The notes: a model not told the origin generated them from the letters alone. Counted from the stretch's first letter, positions 15,055 to 29,434 are shown. The stretch is 64,000 nt of DNA from Flaccisagitta enflata (GCA_965153355.1 OZ231126.1:8556001-8620000); one strand, 5' to 3'. Numbers and translations: made by a program.

Positions 15055-17228
15055 TTTAGTCGCGTGCACGCGACTCTATAACCCGCTCTGTCGGTCCGTC
15101 CGTCAGTCCGTCCGTCCGTCCGTCCGTCCATAACACTTTGCTTTTTTTTGTCGTTTTACGTCATTTTAGGGTATTTTACATCATTTCAAGTCATTTTAAG
15201 TCATTCTAAGTCATTTCCAGTCATTTTCAGTTAGTTTTAGTCACTTAAGTCATTTTGTCATTTTTTGTCATTTTTGTCATTTTATATTATTATAAGTCAT
15301 TTTAAGTCATTCTTAGTCATTCTAAGTTATTCTAAGTCATTCTAAGACATTACAAGTCATTCTAAGTCATTACAAGTCATTCTAAGTCATTCTAAGTCAC
15401 TCTAAGTTATTTTTTGGCTTTTGTAGTTTTTAGTAACACTTTGCTTTTTGGGCAGCGGCCCCAAAGGGCCGATGTCCTGTAGAACACAGGGGTGAATTTC
15501 CATACGTCCGTCCGTCCGTCCGTCCTTCCGTCCGTCCCCCCCCTTCAGAGGCCTGAGGCCCTCATCCAGCCTACTGGGGCCTGAAATCTGGTCTCTAGAG
15601 CTTAAAATCAGCCCTCTCAGGCCCCAAATCAGCTCTTGTATGCCCCAAATCAGTCCTCTCAGGCCCATAATCAGGCCTCTTAAGCCCATAATCTCGCCTC
15701 CCAGCCTGGGACCCAGGCATGAAATCAGCATTCCCAGGCATGAAACCAGCCATCCTTGACCAAAGTCTTAGACCTGAAATTGCCTCTCTCAGGCTTGAAA
15801 TCAACCCTCTCGGACCTGAAATCAGCCCTCATCTGGTCATAATCAGCCTTCACTGGGCTGAATTCAGCCTTGTTGGCTGGAATCAAACCTCTGGGATATG
15901 GTCAAACCTTTTCAGAGCCCCTCACCTATTCCCAGGACGTATGGGAATTCACCCCTGTGTTCTACAGGACATTGGTCCTTTGGGGCCGCTGCCCTGCTTT
16001 CACCTCGATTCTTCACCTAAACACTCCAAGCAGGGCAACGGGTACCGCTGACCATGTGCGATCCTTGGATGACTAGTTTGCGTCGTTTTTGGTCAATTTT
16101 GGTCGTCTGGAGTCATTTTGAGTCATTTTTTGTTGTTTTTGGTCATTTTTGGTTGCGTTTAGTTATTTTTGGTTGCTTTTAGTCATTTTTGGTCATTTTT
16201 GATCATTCATGTCACTTTGTACATTTAAACCATTTGTGTCATTTTTAGGCATTAGAAATAGTTTTAAGTCATTTGAAGTCATTTTGGAACATTTCAGGTC
16301 ATTTTTGGTCATTTAACATGGTTTTTTGGTTTTTGTTTTTTTTTTTTTTTTTTGGTTTTTGGTTTTTTTTTTTTTTTTTTTTTGTTTTTTGTTTTTTTGT
16401 TTTTGGGTTTTTGGGTTTTTGGGTTTTTTGTTATTTTATATTTTTTTTTAATTTTTTTGTTTTTTTATTTTTTGGTCATTTATGTTTTTTGGTATGTTAT
16501 GGTCATTTATGTTTTTTGGTATGTTTTTGTCATATATGTCATGTCAAGTCTGCTGGTTTCAAGTTGGCTGATTAAGGTCTCCTGGTTTAAGTCTGCTGGT
16601 CAAGTCTGCTGGTTTAAGTCTGCTGGTTTAAGTTGGCTGGTTTAAGTTGGCTGGTTTAAGTTGGCTGGTTTAAGTCTGCTGGTTTAAGTCTGCTGGTTTA
16701 AGTCTGCTGGTTTAAGTCTGCTGGTTTAGGTCTGCTGGTCTAAGTCTTCTGGTTTAAGTCTGCTGGTTTGAGTCTGCTGGTTTGAGTCTGCTGGTTTGAG
16801 TCTGCTGGTTTGAGTCTGCTGGTTTGAGTCTGCTGGTTGAAGTATGCTGGTTTAAGTATGCTGGTTTAAGTATGCTGGTTTAAGTCTGCTGGTTTGGGTC
16901 TGGTTTGAGTCTGGTTTGAGTCTGGTTTGAGTCTGGTTCATGTCTGGTTTGAGTCTGGTTTAAGTCTGGTTTATGTCTGGTTTATGTCTGGTTTATGTCT
17001 GGTTTATGTCTGGTTTATGTCTGGTTTTGGTCTGGTTTTGGTCTGGTTTTGGTCTGGTTTAATTCTGGTTTGAGTCTGGTTTGAGTCTGGTTTTAGTCTG
17101 GTTTGAGTCTGGTTTGAGTCTGGTTTGGGTCTGGTTTAAGTCTGATTTTCGATAAAAAGATAGAATAAGGAGTCAGGTCAGTTCGGTTATTTTTGTCCTG
17201 CACGCGACTTATAAGTGTTGGCCTTGTT
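15055..17228 (+). mobile_element. Expanded family-A HINE-like element (2.2 kb) with successive internal satellites and a nested family-B element
   Basis: 5' AGTCGCGTGCACGCGACT + (GTCC)n; 3' GCACGCGACTTATAAGTGTTGGCCTTGTT; internal 10-, 14- and 11-bp arrays. Confidence 0.85.
15447..16078 (+). mobile_element. Family-B HINE-like element nested in family A
   Basis: Same 5' IR, (GTCC)n, degenerate 21-bp repeats, subterminal IR and tail ..GATCCTTGGATGACTAGTT; inserted in a T run. Confidence 0.85.
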
Positions 17229-17322
17229 TCTTTTTATTTTGCCTCCATGGCAAAGAACCTCAATTTCTTTTCCTCTTCTTTTGCTTGTTCTTCCTCTTCC
17301 TCTCTCTCTTATCCTTATAATC

Positions 17323-17423
<101 letters not shown>

Positions 17424-17425
17424 GC

Positions 17426-17486
<61 letters not shown>

Positions 17487-18466
17487 GCTAACGGTCTTCT
17501 TCCTCTCTCTTTTTCTTCTTCTCCTTCCTCTCCTTCACCTTTCTCTTCTTCTTTCTCTTTTCTTCTCTCACTTATTCGTTCTCTCCTCATCTACTTCTTC
17601 TTCTTCTCTTTTATCTCCTGGTATTCTCTCCTTCCTTCTCCTTCTTCTCGTTTTACGATCCCTTCCCGCTGACGAAACAGCTTTATTATGGAGAAAAAAT
17701 TCAGGCTTTTGCGCGCCGAAGGAAATTCATGGAAAAAAAAATATACCAGAAGAATTTGACGGAATAGAGGCAGGACCCCCAAACAGCCAGTTTCAGTCAC
17801 TGGCCATGGTTGGGGCAGGGGCAGGGGTGGCAGGGGGGCAGGGGGGCAAAAGGGGGCAGTGTTGGGAGTGCGTGGTCAAAATGAACATGAAAACGCTTGC
17901 TACATCCCCAATTTTTCAGGATCAACGGACAGACGGACTAACCGACAACATTAACGCACTGATGAAAACACGAACTGAAGCATGGTTGGACGAATAGGTT
18001 TGTGTAAAACGACAATAGAGTGAAGCACAAACGTGATACAAACACATGATGCACACACATGATGCAAACACGTGATGCACACACGTGATGCACACACATG
18101 ATGCAACCATTTTCAAGTTTGCGGGTGGCGATACTCCAAAACTAGTTTTAGTATCGAACTAAAGGCAGTGATAATTGATGTTTACCGGGTTGCCTTCCCG
18201 GGCCCGGGCATTATAGATTCTAGAAGGACCAACACAGCAACATATTAAGTCGCTTGTCTTTGACCATAGTCAGCAATAAGCCAACAACAATATCAAAAGT
18301 GAGACTTGAGTAATGAGACTTGAGTAATGAGACTTGGGTAATGTCAGAGCGAGTGGCCAGTTATAGTAGGAGACTCAATCTGTAGCCTCAATCTTAATCA
18401 GGTGCGAGGCGCGTCAAGTAGTCTAAGTAATCATTGTTTTCGTATCAAGCTTCAAAATGTCTTTCC

Positions 18467-18575
<109 letters not shown>

Positions 18576-19649
18576 CCTCTCATTGTATCATCTTACTTTC
18601 TCAATTCTTCCTGATTTTCCTTTTTATAGTCATCTACTAATTGTTTTTAACTTCTAAATAACTCGTTAATTCTCTCCTTTCCGTTTCTCTCTGTTTGTCT
18701 GTCTCTGAATCTGTCTCTGTCTATGTCTGTCTGTTAGAAATGTACGTCTGTCCGTCTCTTAGGTGTGTGTGCCTTCTGTCTCTTTTGCGTGCTTTTGGCT
18801 TTTTCTCTTTCTCTACTATTCGATGCCCGTGTCTTTTGTTTCTTGCCATTTTTTATATTGGACGCTAGATGGGTAACCATATGGTTGCGCCTTGATTTTG
18901 TGCCATTTGTTTTTACTACGTAGGCAAATATACGTAACTCGTCTTTCGTATCATCCAATTTTTGGATTGATTGATTTTATTTAATTACGGCATCGCTTCT
19001 TAGAGTGATTGATTGATTTTTATGATCGTTTGAATGCGCCCTTGGAATTCACTAATTTCAATAATCTCTCATCTTTTTATTGCAGATAAACTAATGAACG
19101 GACAATTAACGTGAATTTGACATCGACAGACTGTGGGTTGAAACCAACGAAAGTGGGCCTAAAAGTAAGTTTTTATAGACGTGTTTCTGCTTTTATTGGC
19201 GTTGTTTTTATCTTGTCTTCCGGTCTGTTATTTTTGTCTTTTGCCCTTTTGCATTTTTATCGCCGGATTTTAGTATGGTTTTTATCGCTTGTCCGATCAG
19301 CTTGCTATAGGGATGATATGGATGAATTTAATGGGATGGGCCGGGGCAGGGGCAGGTATTATCAGGTGGCATGGGCTCTGAAGAAGATGAACATGTTGTC
19401 ATGTGCTGTTTCTGTCCTTTATTGTGTCCTATCTCGATTTCATGTTATCTTTTGCGTTTGCTGATCACAATTAACGCCCACTTTCCCTTTCATTTTTCCC
19501 CCTCTCTTCAGTTGTTGAAATTTTTTATGGAATAAACGAGACGATCGCCTTCCTATTTTCCAATCGGCCAACTTTCCTTCACCACAAGTCGTCAGTCAGA
19601 TAGACGCTCATAGACAGTGCCAGTTGAAACTCGTGGGCGTAAATTATAC

Positions 19650-19993
<344 letters not shown>

Positions 19994-20808
19994 ACCTTTT
20001 TTACGCGCATGACACGCTATGTAGGCCTGTCCGAATGTCTATCATCCATATGTTAGTCTGTCCATGCATCCATCCACCCATCCACCCGTCCATCTTTCAA
20101 CATGTTTATTCGCTGCCTCGCGTCCAACCAACAGTCAGTAACAAATAACTTTTTTTGGCGTTCCATCGGACTTTTTACATCTTTGGCGGCGCTTTCTTTA
20201 TTCTGTTTCATCCTTATCCCTGTTCACCCTCACGCGTCATGGGAAGCTGAGTATCCGGCCTTGTTTCTTTTCTACTTAATCTATTTTTGGAAAGTGGAGA
20301 TAATGGGTATCATAAAAAGTGTGGAGATCATCTAGATTTTTAAGATGCATAAAAAGTTGTTCCGCTCTTCCTGCGAGTAGATTCTTCTTTCTAGAGTATA
20401 CATCATACAACCTCATGTCCTGAGTCGATTTTGGACAGTGGCACTGGAGGGGCCGATTACCCGTGCTTTCGCACATGAGAAAATTTCTATTTCTTTTTTT
20501 TTTTTCTTCTTCTCTTCTTCTTCTTCTTCTTCTTCTTCTTCTTCTTCTTCTTCTTCTTCTTCTTCTTCTTCTTCTTCTTCTTCTTCTTCTCCTTCTTCTT
20601 TCTCTTCTTCTTCTTCTTCTTCTTCTTCTTCTTCTTCTTCTTCTTCTTCTTCTTCTTCTTCTTCTTCTTCTTCTTCTTCTTCTTCTTCTTCTTCTTCTTC
20701 TTCTTCTTCTTCTTCTTTTTCCTTTTCTTTTTCTTCATTTTCTTCATTTTCTCCTTTTTCTTCTCCCTCTTTTTCTTCATTTTCTTCTTCATCTTCATCG
20801 ACTTCTTC

Positions 20809-20840
<32 letters not shown>

Positions 20841-20974
20841 CTTCTTCTTCTTCTTCTTCTTCTTCTTCTTCTTCTTCTTCTTCTTCTTCTTCTTCTTCTC
20901 TTCCGTCTTCTTCTTCTCTTCCGTCTTCTCCTTCTTCTTCCTCTTCTCATCAACAACTCCATATCTTTGAGACA

Positions 20975-21690
20975 ACAACAATCACTCCATATCTTTGAAA
21001 CTGCTGCACGATCTCGCCATCTTATCACCAAATACTCCATTTCCTTGAGACTATAGCATAGCTCTTCCATCTTATCAACAAATACTACATTTCTTTGAGA
21101 CTACAACATAATCTCTTCATCTTATATCTGAATACTCCATATCTTTGAAGCTACAACATATTCTCTCTATCTTATCACCGAATACTCCCTATCTTTGAGA
21201 CTACAACGTAATCTTTCTATCTTATCACCAAATACTCCTTATCATTGAGACAACAATACAACTCATCCATTTTATCGCCAAATACTTCATATCTTGGAGA
21301 CTACAACATAAGAGGTTGAGATGCAACTGCGAGAAATTTCAGTCAACTTTTTTTCTTAGCTCAGCACAGCCTATGTACAGTGCAAAACCACCAAAAAACC
21401 CAGGGATACAATTTTTCTAAGGTGTTTTTTGTTAAATCCCTCCTCTCATGCTGCTTATGCTCAACATACTTCTCCTTTTTATCACCGAATAGTCCATATC
21501 TTTGAGACTGAAACATAATCTCTTCATCTTATCAACAAATTCTCCATTTCTTTGAAACTACAACATAATCTCTTCATTTTATCAACGAATACTCCATAAA
21601 CTTTGAAGACTACAACATAATCTCTTCATTCTATCTCCGAATTCTCCATATACTTTGAAGACTGGAACATAATCTCTTCATCTCCAACGC
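20975..21690. repeat. ~50-bp minisatellite with one interruption
   Basis: ATCTTATCACCAAATACTCCATATCTTTGAGACTACAACATAATCTCTTC-like units; unrelated insert at ~21310-21460. Confidence 0.85.
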
Positions 21691-21952
21691 CTTCTAAGCT
21701 CAAAGCTCCCACTTGATTTCTGCGTTGTCACTCGGGACTTGTTGTATCTGTCACTAGATGGTGGAATTTCCTCTTTGGAGGGGGATGGATGGAGAAAAAT
21801 GGCACTAGATGATAGAATTTACTCTTTGAAAGGGGGTGGGGGAATTGAGGGAGTTGGGAAGGAAATGGGAATCGTTCATTCTCAATCTTTGTTGTATCTG
21901 TCGCTAGATGGTGGAATTTCGTCTTGGAAGGGGGGGGTTGTTGGAGAAAGAT

Positions 21953-22430
21953 AACAAGTCATCCAAGGATCGCACATGGTCAGCAGTACCCGATCCCCTG
22001 CTTGGAGTGGGAGCAGGGCAGCGGCCCCAAAGGAACGATGTCCTGTAGGACACAGGGGTGAATTTCCATACATCCTGAAGGCGCGTGTTTGAGGTCTTTG
22101 GGGCAATTTTCCATGATATTCAATAGGAGTGATGTATTCTTCCATTTCTCATTAATTTTTTTTTGTTATTCAATGGGAATTTCACATCTTTTATAATTTC
22201 TTCAATGTCCCATGTTATTCAATAGACAATATGCTTTTTTTAAAATTTTTTTTAATTTTTGCCATACTATTTAATGGGAAGTTTGCATTTTTTCAATTTT
22301 CCATGTTATTCAATGGGAATTTGAGGCTTGAAAACTTGGGGGGGGGGGGACGGACGGATGGACAGACAGACGTAATGGTTCACCCCTGTGTCCTACAGGA
22401 CATCGGCCCTTTGGGGCCGCTGCCCAAAAA
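21953..22430 (-). mobile_element. Family-B HINE-like element with a different central repeat
   Basis: Reverse tail AACAAGTCATCCAAGGATCGCACATGGTCAGC, both IRs present, central TTCCATGTTATTCAATGGGAA-type units. Confidence 0.8.
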
Positions 22431-22575
22431 GGGGGGGGGGAAATTGGAGGTAGGTGGGAAGTGAAAATAAATTGTTCATACTCAGTCTCCTAAACACTGG
22501 CTTAGACAATGTATTAATCAAATTGTTTTTCTTCTATCAAAATTTGACGTGCGCGCATTTGTATTTTCCTTTTAT

Positions 22576-22661
<86 letters not shown>

Positions 22662-22774
22662 GTGGGCTCGGCAGATTTGCCATGAAAGCGTTTGCTTTTT
22701 GAATAAGTCTCAGCGTCACGCGTTTATTTCCTTCTTCTTTGTGGTTTCCTTCTAACCTAGGATCATTTTCCACA

Positions 22775-23200
22775 AACCATATTGTTACACTGGCTCTGGC
22801 ACATTCATTCATACCGACTGCATGTTGTTCCTGTCACGCTCATTCATACCCACACCATATTGTTTCACTGGCTCTGGCACATTCATTCATACCCACACCA
22901 TGTTGTTTCACTGGCCTTGGCATGCTCATTCATACCCCCTCTATGTTGCTACACTGGCTCTAGCATGCTCATTCTTATCCACACCATATTGTTACACTGT
23001 CACAGGCCCTGGCAAACTCATTCCTACCCACACCATATTGTTACACTGGCCCCAGCACGCTCATTCATACCCACACCAAATTGTTACACTGTCACTGGCC
23101 CTGACACGCTCATTCATACCCACACTATATCGTTACGCTCATTCATACCCACACCATATACTATCTGAGTATGCGTAAGTTCACTCATACCCACTACCAC
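22775..23200. repeat. ~41-47-bp minisatellite
   Basis: CACACCATATTGTTACACTGGC..CATTCATACC units. Confidence 0.8.
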
Positions 23201-24154
23201 ATTCACACCCGTGCGAATGCAACGACCCACCCATATGCACCAGCACGCCAAAATAAACACACCGAACACGGTCACACATGCTGTCACACCGCATGCGCAC
23301 ACACATGCAGGCACACTGAATACGCACACACATGCAGGCACACTGAATACGCACACTCAAGCAGGCACACAATCACAAAGTGAGGCCAGATCGCAACTAA
23401 AACGCCGCGTGACCTGTGGGAGAAAATGAAAAGCCCGCAACTTTAAACTTTGCGCGATATGCAAACGGAATCTTTATATGATGGCATATTCATGAGTTTC
23501 ACGAGTTGCGCGTGCGTGCATGCGTTTGTGGGAAGGAAACGCGTGTAAAATGGGACGGAGTCGCGTTCAAGGCAAAAGATTGACACGTGCCGAATGGGAC
23601 GGTGTTGCTTATAATGCGGGGAATATTGCACAGGGGATGATGTCTAAACTTGGAGATACGGGGGCTCTAATACCGCTGCACTCATCGCAATTAAAATGAA
23701 ATTATGTATGGGTGATGCTTTTGTTCTAAAGAGTTGATAATCTGTGTGCTGTGGGAGGGAAATGCAAGCCTGTGTGCGCAGTGGGCAGGGTTTGTGTGCT
23801 GTGGGAGGGCGCTGTGTACGCAGTGGGCAGGGTGTGTGTGCTGTGGGAGGGCGCTGTGTGCGCAGTGCAAGGGATTTTTTTGCTGTGGGAGCAGTGCTCG
23901 CAATGCGAGGGATTAGTTTTGCTGTAGGAGGGAGCTATTTGCTGTAGGAGGGAACTATTTCCTGCGGGAGGGATTTGTGTGCTGTGGGAGGGAGCTGTGT
24001 GCGCAGTGGGCGGGGTTTGTGCGCAGTTTGGGAGAGATTGTTGTGTGCAGTGGGGGGAATGTTAAGGATGTTAACTTCCAACTGGAGAAGAAGGAACCAA
24101 ACCCAGATGAACCAAAAGACAGACGGTTAAAAGTTAATCCGATTTCTAAGGCAT

Positions 24155-24296
24155 GAAAGCACAAAGCACAAAGCACAAAGTACAAAGCACAAAGCACAAA
24201 GCACAAAGCACAAAGCACAAAGCACAAATCACAAAGCACAAAGCACAAAGCACAAAGCACAAAGCTCAAAGCACAAAGCACAAAGCACAAAGCACA
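24155..24296. repeat. (AAAGCAC)n heptamer array
   Basis: Direct reading. Confidence 0.95.
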
Positions 24297-24472
24297 ATGC
24301 CTCTCATTTTGGCAAGAATGATTTATGCGCTTAGTGAGAAGTGGAAAAAAAAAAGAAAAAAAAATCACTGAGTGAGTATTAATCAACTTTGGGTTGGCAT
24401 AGAAAACATCAGGAAAAAACAACGTCAACAAATTAAAGTGAAGGCAAACAACCGAAAAAGTTTAAAAGAAAA

Positions 24473-24664
24473 AAGGCCAACACCTAAAAGTCGCGTGTGA
24501 GACTTACATAATGACTTAGAATGACTTAGAATGACTTAATATACTCTTAAATGACTTAAAATGACTTAAGGAAATGATATTGATAAAAACAGTAAAAGTG
24601 TGACGGACCGACAGACAGACAGACGGACGGACAAAGCAGGGTGTAGAGTCGCGAGCACGCAACT
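24473..24664 (-). mobile_element. Family-A HINE-like element
   Basis: AAGGCCAACAC..AGTCGCGTG, (AATGACTTAG)n, (GACG/GACA)n, AGAGTCGCGAGCACGCAACT. Confidence 0.8.
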
Positions 24665-24961
24665 GATAAGATTCAAAAGCGTTTCACATTAAGTGGAAAT
24701 CAATACCCAAAAGTAAGCGTTCGTGGGGATAAGATGATAAGAGGGAGTCGCTGGCCGAAAAAGGAACTCTGTGTGACATCGTAATTTTATGTTCTATTGA
24801 GTACTCACTTTTCCATCTATTATTTTCCCATTTAACCATTCTCAATATTTACCTCTCTTTCCGCTACATTTGTTGCATTTGTCATTCCAGCTAAAACACC
24901 TCAGCTTTCATTTCTGATTAACCCCTTTTTGGGCAGCAGCTCCGAAGGGTTCGATGACCTA

Positions 24962-25545
24962 CTATCTAGAGCAAAAGTATGGCAACAGATGTTTTGAGCA
25001 ATATCGCTGCTTAGAAAAAACCAATCATATAAAAATCAGTGAGATTCTGAAACTAGATCAAATTTCTGATCCAATGACGCAAATTGCATTCATCTAAGTC
25101 AAAGCGTTTAGAAATGACAGATAAAACAAGATTGCTACTCCAAATCAAAAATGGCAAAAAAAAATTGTAGTTAATTATTGAATGATAGCACTTTGACACA
25201 TTGCGCTGTCACAAAGAAGCAATGGCACACAAAACACAGTCAAACTTTTTTGTGGTTGGCTGGAGACAGCTCAAATCTCAAACCCTGCTTTGGTCTCAAA
25301 CAAAGCAGCTACTAAGCAAGGGACATGTGACTTTGGTTGGATCGCAAGGCTTAAAAGAATCACTCTCAAAGTCTAAAGAAAGATCTTGCCAACTTACCTA
25401 AAATCTCTATATAATTGCATGCTGAGGCCTATGAAGGCGGTCATTGATGCCCTTGTATTGAACATATTTTGCAATCATATCATGCATTATTTATTAAATA
25501 TATAAATAAAGTATTATGGTGTTGCCATACTTTTGCTCTAGATAG
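24962..25545. mobile_element. Tc1/mariner-type MITE
   Basis: TIRs CTATCTAGAGCAAAAGTATGGCAACA / TGTTGCCATACTTTTGCTCTAGATAG. TA TSD confirmed by the empty site GATGACCTATGCTTTCACAC in the paralog at ~27166. Confidence 0.9.
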
Positions 25546-25824
25546 TATGCTTTCACACATATGGGGAACTCCAGTCTCGAGGACCAAATCCTAGTCTTGA
25601 GGGCCAAATTCCTTCCTCGAGGCCCAAATCCTAGCCTTAAGGCCCAAATCCTAGCCTGGAGGGCCAGATCTCAGCCTTGAGGCCCAAATCTCATCCTTGA
25701 GGTCCAAATCCCAGCCAGGAGGCCCAGATCCTAACCTTGAGGATGAGATTTGGGCCTTAAGGCTGGGATCTGGCCCTCGAGACTGGGATTTGGTCCTTGA
25801 GACTGGAATTTGGGCCTTGATACG

Positions 25825-26546
25825 AATCCTAAACTACTTGGCAAAAAGACTTCAAATTTTCAGAGAATGTTAGTAACATACTGCGGTTTTGTAATACAAA
25901 ACCTCAAATTGGAGTATTAGATAGTTGAGGATTGGCAAAACATCAAATAAGATTCACTTTTGAAGCAACAGCAATTCTTCCATCTTTTCTTCCACAAAGA
26001 AGCTTTCTTTATTTGCATGCCATTTCTAAAGGAAAAAAACTATAGCCACGGGGACGGTCTCAAATGGCAGGAAATACATCATAGATTTCAGTTCTGTCAA
26101 AAAATTTGAGAAATTTTGGATATTTCAAGAGGTTACAATTGATTTGAGAAAAAATTCTGCTGTCATGCAGACTTCAAATTCTAAAAAATTGATAAAAATC
26201 TTCATAAATGTAAGAAATGGTCAAAAATTTTGCCAAAACTAAAAAATGTGATCATGTTTTTATCATTTGAGACCAGCCTCAGGGTTCCAGCTCAATATAT
26301 TTTGAAATGGTAAGAATATAATAACAACTACTTTCAAAAAACCCTATAAAATAAGTGATTTTGCCCCTAAAAATCCACTTTTTTCAATGATTTGCTGATC
26401 CTCTCCTTTCCATGACCAAAAATTGAAGTTTTGCTTAACAAAACCGCAGTGTATTACCAACATCCTCTGAAGATTTGAAGACTTTTTACCAAGTAGTTCA
26501 GGATTTATAAAGGTTTAACATTTCTCATTCCGATTTAAATACGGTG
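25825..26546. mobile_element. TIR element with a truncated left end
   Basis: AATCCTAAACTACTTGGCAAAAAGACTTCAAA.. is inverted against ..TTTGAAGACTTTTTACCAAGTAGTTCAGGATT; right end ..ATACGGTG followed by TA. Confidence 0.65.
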
Positions 26547-26841
26547 TAAGGCTGGGATCTGGCCCTCAAGACTGGGATTTGGTCCTTGAGACTGGAATTT
26601 GGGCCTTGATACTAGAATTCGAGGGGGGGACGGAGAAGAAGAAGTAGGAGGAAAAAAATCCCCATGTGTGAGAAAGCATAGATCATCAACCACTTCGGGG
26701 CCGCTGCCCTGCTTCCCCTTCAACTTCAACCACAACCTACTTAGGTAGGGCTCGGGTACCGCTGACCATCTGACACTTTTGCGACTATTGTTCTTCCATT
26801 CTTTACTCTTGGTTCAGAAGCATGCTTCCTTTCCTCTGTTT

Positions 26842-27101
26842 TCAGTTGCGGACATGCAACTCGATAGGAGGCTTCGTCCATCCGTCTATCCTTTCATCTG
26901 TTGGATGGTCTGTCAGACGGAACAATGGTCTTTCAATCTGTCGGTCCGTAGAGCATGAGTAAGCGCGAGTCGAAAGTGGAAAAAACGTCGTTTTAAACGC
27001 CTAATTGGCGGGGGGGGGGGCGAAGGGCGTGGGTTGTTGATAGGGACTGGATGCCCCGGCCCATCCGTCGCAACGATAATGTGACCCCGCGTCACTTGTT
27101 T
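26842..27101 (+). mobile_element. HINE-like element, family D (5' AGTTGCGGACACGCAACT type)
   Basis: 5' palindrome, GTCC-rich tract, CCGTCGCAAC subterminal IR, GTGACCCCGCGTCAC hairpin, CTTGTT end. Confidence 0.75.
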
Positions 27102-27139
27102 TCCCATGACTGTGGTTCTATGCTGATTGCACCTACGTT

Positions 27140-27994
27140 TTTGGGCAGCGGCCCCGAAGGGGCCGATGACCTATGCTTTCACACAGGAGAAATTTCTCCT
27201 CCTCCTTCTCCGTCCGTCCACCCCCTTATGACGCCTAAATCCCAGCCTCGAAGCTCGAATCCCAGCCTTGATGATCAAATCTTAGCCTTGAGGCCTAAAT
27301 CCCAGCCTCAAAGCTCAAATCCCAGCCTCGAGGCTCAAATCCCAGCCTTGATGCTCAAATCCCGGCCTTGAGGCCCAAATTCCAGCCTCGAGGCTCATAT
27401 CCCAGTCTTGAGGAGCAAATCCCAGCCTTTAGACTCAAATGTCAGCCTTGAGGTTCCAGTCTTGTTGTTCAAACCCTAGCCAGTAGGCTCAAATCCCAGC
27501 CAGTAGGCTCAAATCCCAGCTTGGATGCTCAGATCCCAACCTGGAAGCTCAAATCCCAGCCTCAAGGCTCCAATCCTAGCCTCAAGGCTCCAATCCCAGC
27601 CTTACGGCTCCAATCCCAGCCTCAAGGCTCCAATCCCAGCTTCAAGGCTCCAATCCCAGCCTCAAGGCTCCAATCCCAGCCTCAAAGCTCAAATCCCAGC
27701 CTCAAAGCTCAAATCCCAGCCTCAAGGCTCAAATCCAAGCCTCAAGGCTCAAATACCAGCCTCAAGGCTCAAATTCCAACCTTGAAGCTCAAATTCCAGT
27801 CTTAAGGCTCAAATCCCAGCCTTAAGGCTCAAATCCCAGCCTTAATGCTCAAATCCCAGCCTTGAAGCTCCAAACTTGCTAAGCATAGGTCATCGGCCCC
27901 TTCGGGGCCGCTGCCCCTCTTACCACCATACATCCACATACAATCACATGGGGGCAACGGGTACCGCTGACCATCTAACGCTTTTGCGACTATT
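27140..27994 (+). mobile_element. Family-B variant HINE-like element with ~30 copies of a 21-bp satellite
   Basis: 5' IR, (CAAATCCCAGCCTCAAGGCTC)n, subterminal AAGCATAGGTCATCGGCCCCTTCGGGGCCGCTGCCC, 3' tail. Confidence 0.85.
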
Positions 27995-28209
27995 ATATCT
28001 GTCCTGACCTGCCCAGTCTGTCTGTCTGTCCGTTTGTTCATTTGTCTGTCTGTCTGTTTGGGGGCAACCACGTAGTTGCGACAATGCTGGTAAGAGATGT
28101 TTGTGTTTGTTCTAAATGCACGTAGTTACGACGTCGTAACTACGTGCATTCTCCCTCAATGTCTCTGTCAAAACTATGTGAACTCACTCACTTTCATACT
28201 ATGCTTAAA

Positions 28210-28294
<85 letters not shown>

Positions 28295-28452
28295 CTCTCT
28301 TTTTCTCTCTCTTTCTCTCTTTCTGTCTGTCTATCTACCCCATCTATCTGTCTGTCTGTCTGTCTGTAACCATGTCCTTGCCTGTCCATTCTTGTCATGA
28401 TCATCCCATAGTCCCTCTCCCTTTTCATTTTTTTTTCTTCATGTTCCTAAAT

Positions 28453-28581
<129 letters not shown>

Positions 28582-28607
28582 CGCTTTGGGCAGACCCTGT
28601 GACCAAA

Positions 28608-28770
28608 GAACAAGGCTGGATACACGGCCAATACCAGTTGCGAATGGGTGGGCAGGGGCGGAAATGCGCATTTTCACACTTTCTGACTCAATCACCATGA
28701 CGGACAGATGGACCAACAGACAGATGGACGGACAAAGTCTCTTATAGAGTTGCGTGTCCACAACTAAAAA
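28608..28770 (-). mobile_element. Family-D HINE-like element
   Basis: AACAAGGCTGGATACACGGC..AGTTGCG, (GACR)n, AGAGTTGCGTGTCCACAACTAAAAA. Confidence 0.8.
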
Positions 28771-29134
28771 TGAAAACGATGAGTAAAGGAAGACCTTGTT
28801 TTCTCCAAGTTGTATCAGTTCTTTATTGGATAGTCAAAGTTTCCAGTCACTGCATGGACGGCTTGACCAAAAAAGAAATATTAACGATGAGCAAAGGAAG
28901 AACCTTGTTAAGATGATCAAATTGAGTATCTTGTAGTATTTACTCAATCATTTTTCCTTCACATAGTTACGACAGTCAAATGAGAAGCTGTTGTTCAATT
29001 TTTCACAAAGTTCCGACGTCGGAACTTCGTTCATTTTTTATGAACATAGTTCTGACTGTCGGAACAACCTTAATACTTCTCTGTTTGTATGTTCTTACTT
29101 TCTGTCTGTCTGCATCTCTCTCTCTCTGTCTCTG

Positions 29135-29352
<218 letters not shown>

Positions 29353-29434
29353 CTGCCACAAAGCTCGACGCTTCTTCTCACGTGTCATCAAAATTTCAAA
29401 AAAGGATTCCAAGGAATTGGAATGTGAAATGGGA

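Larger units (their letters stand above)
24928..26792 (+). mobile_element. Family-B variant HINE-like element carrying two nested DNA-transposon inserts
   Basis: 5' IR GGGCAGCAGCTCCGAAGGGTTCGATGACCTA|TGCTTTCACAC is split by a MITE. 21-bp repeats, subterminal IR at ~26660-26710, tail CGGGTACCGCTGACCATCT..GCGACTATTGTT. Confidence 0.8.
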
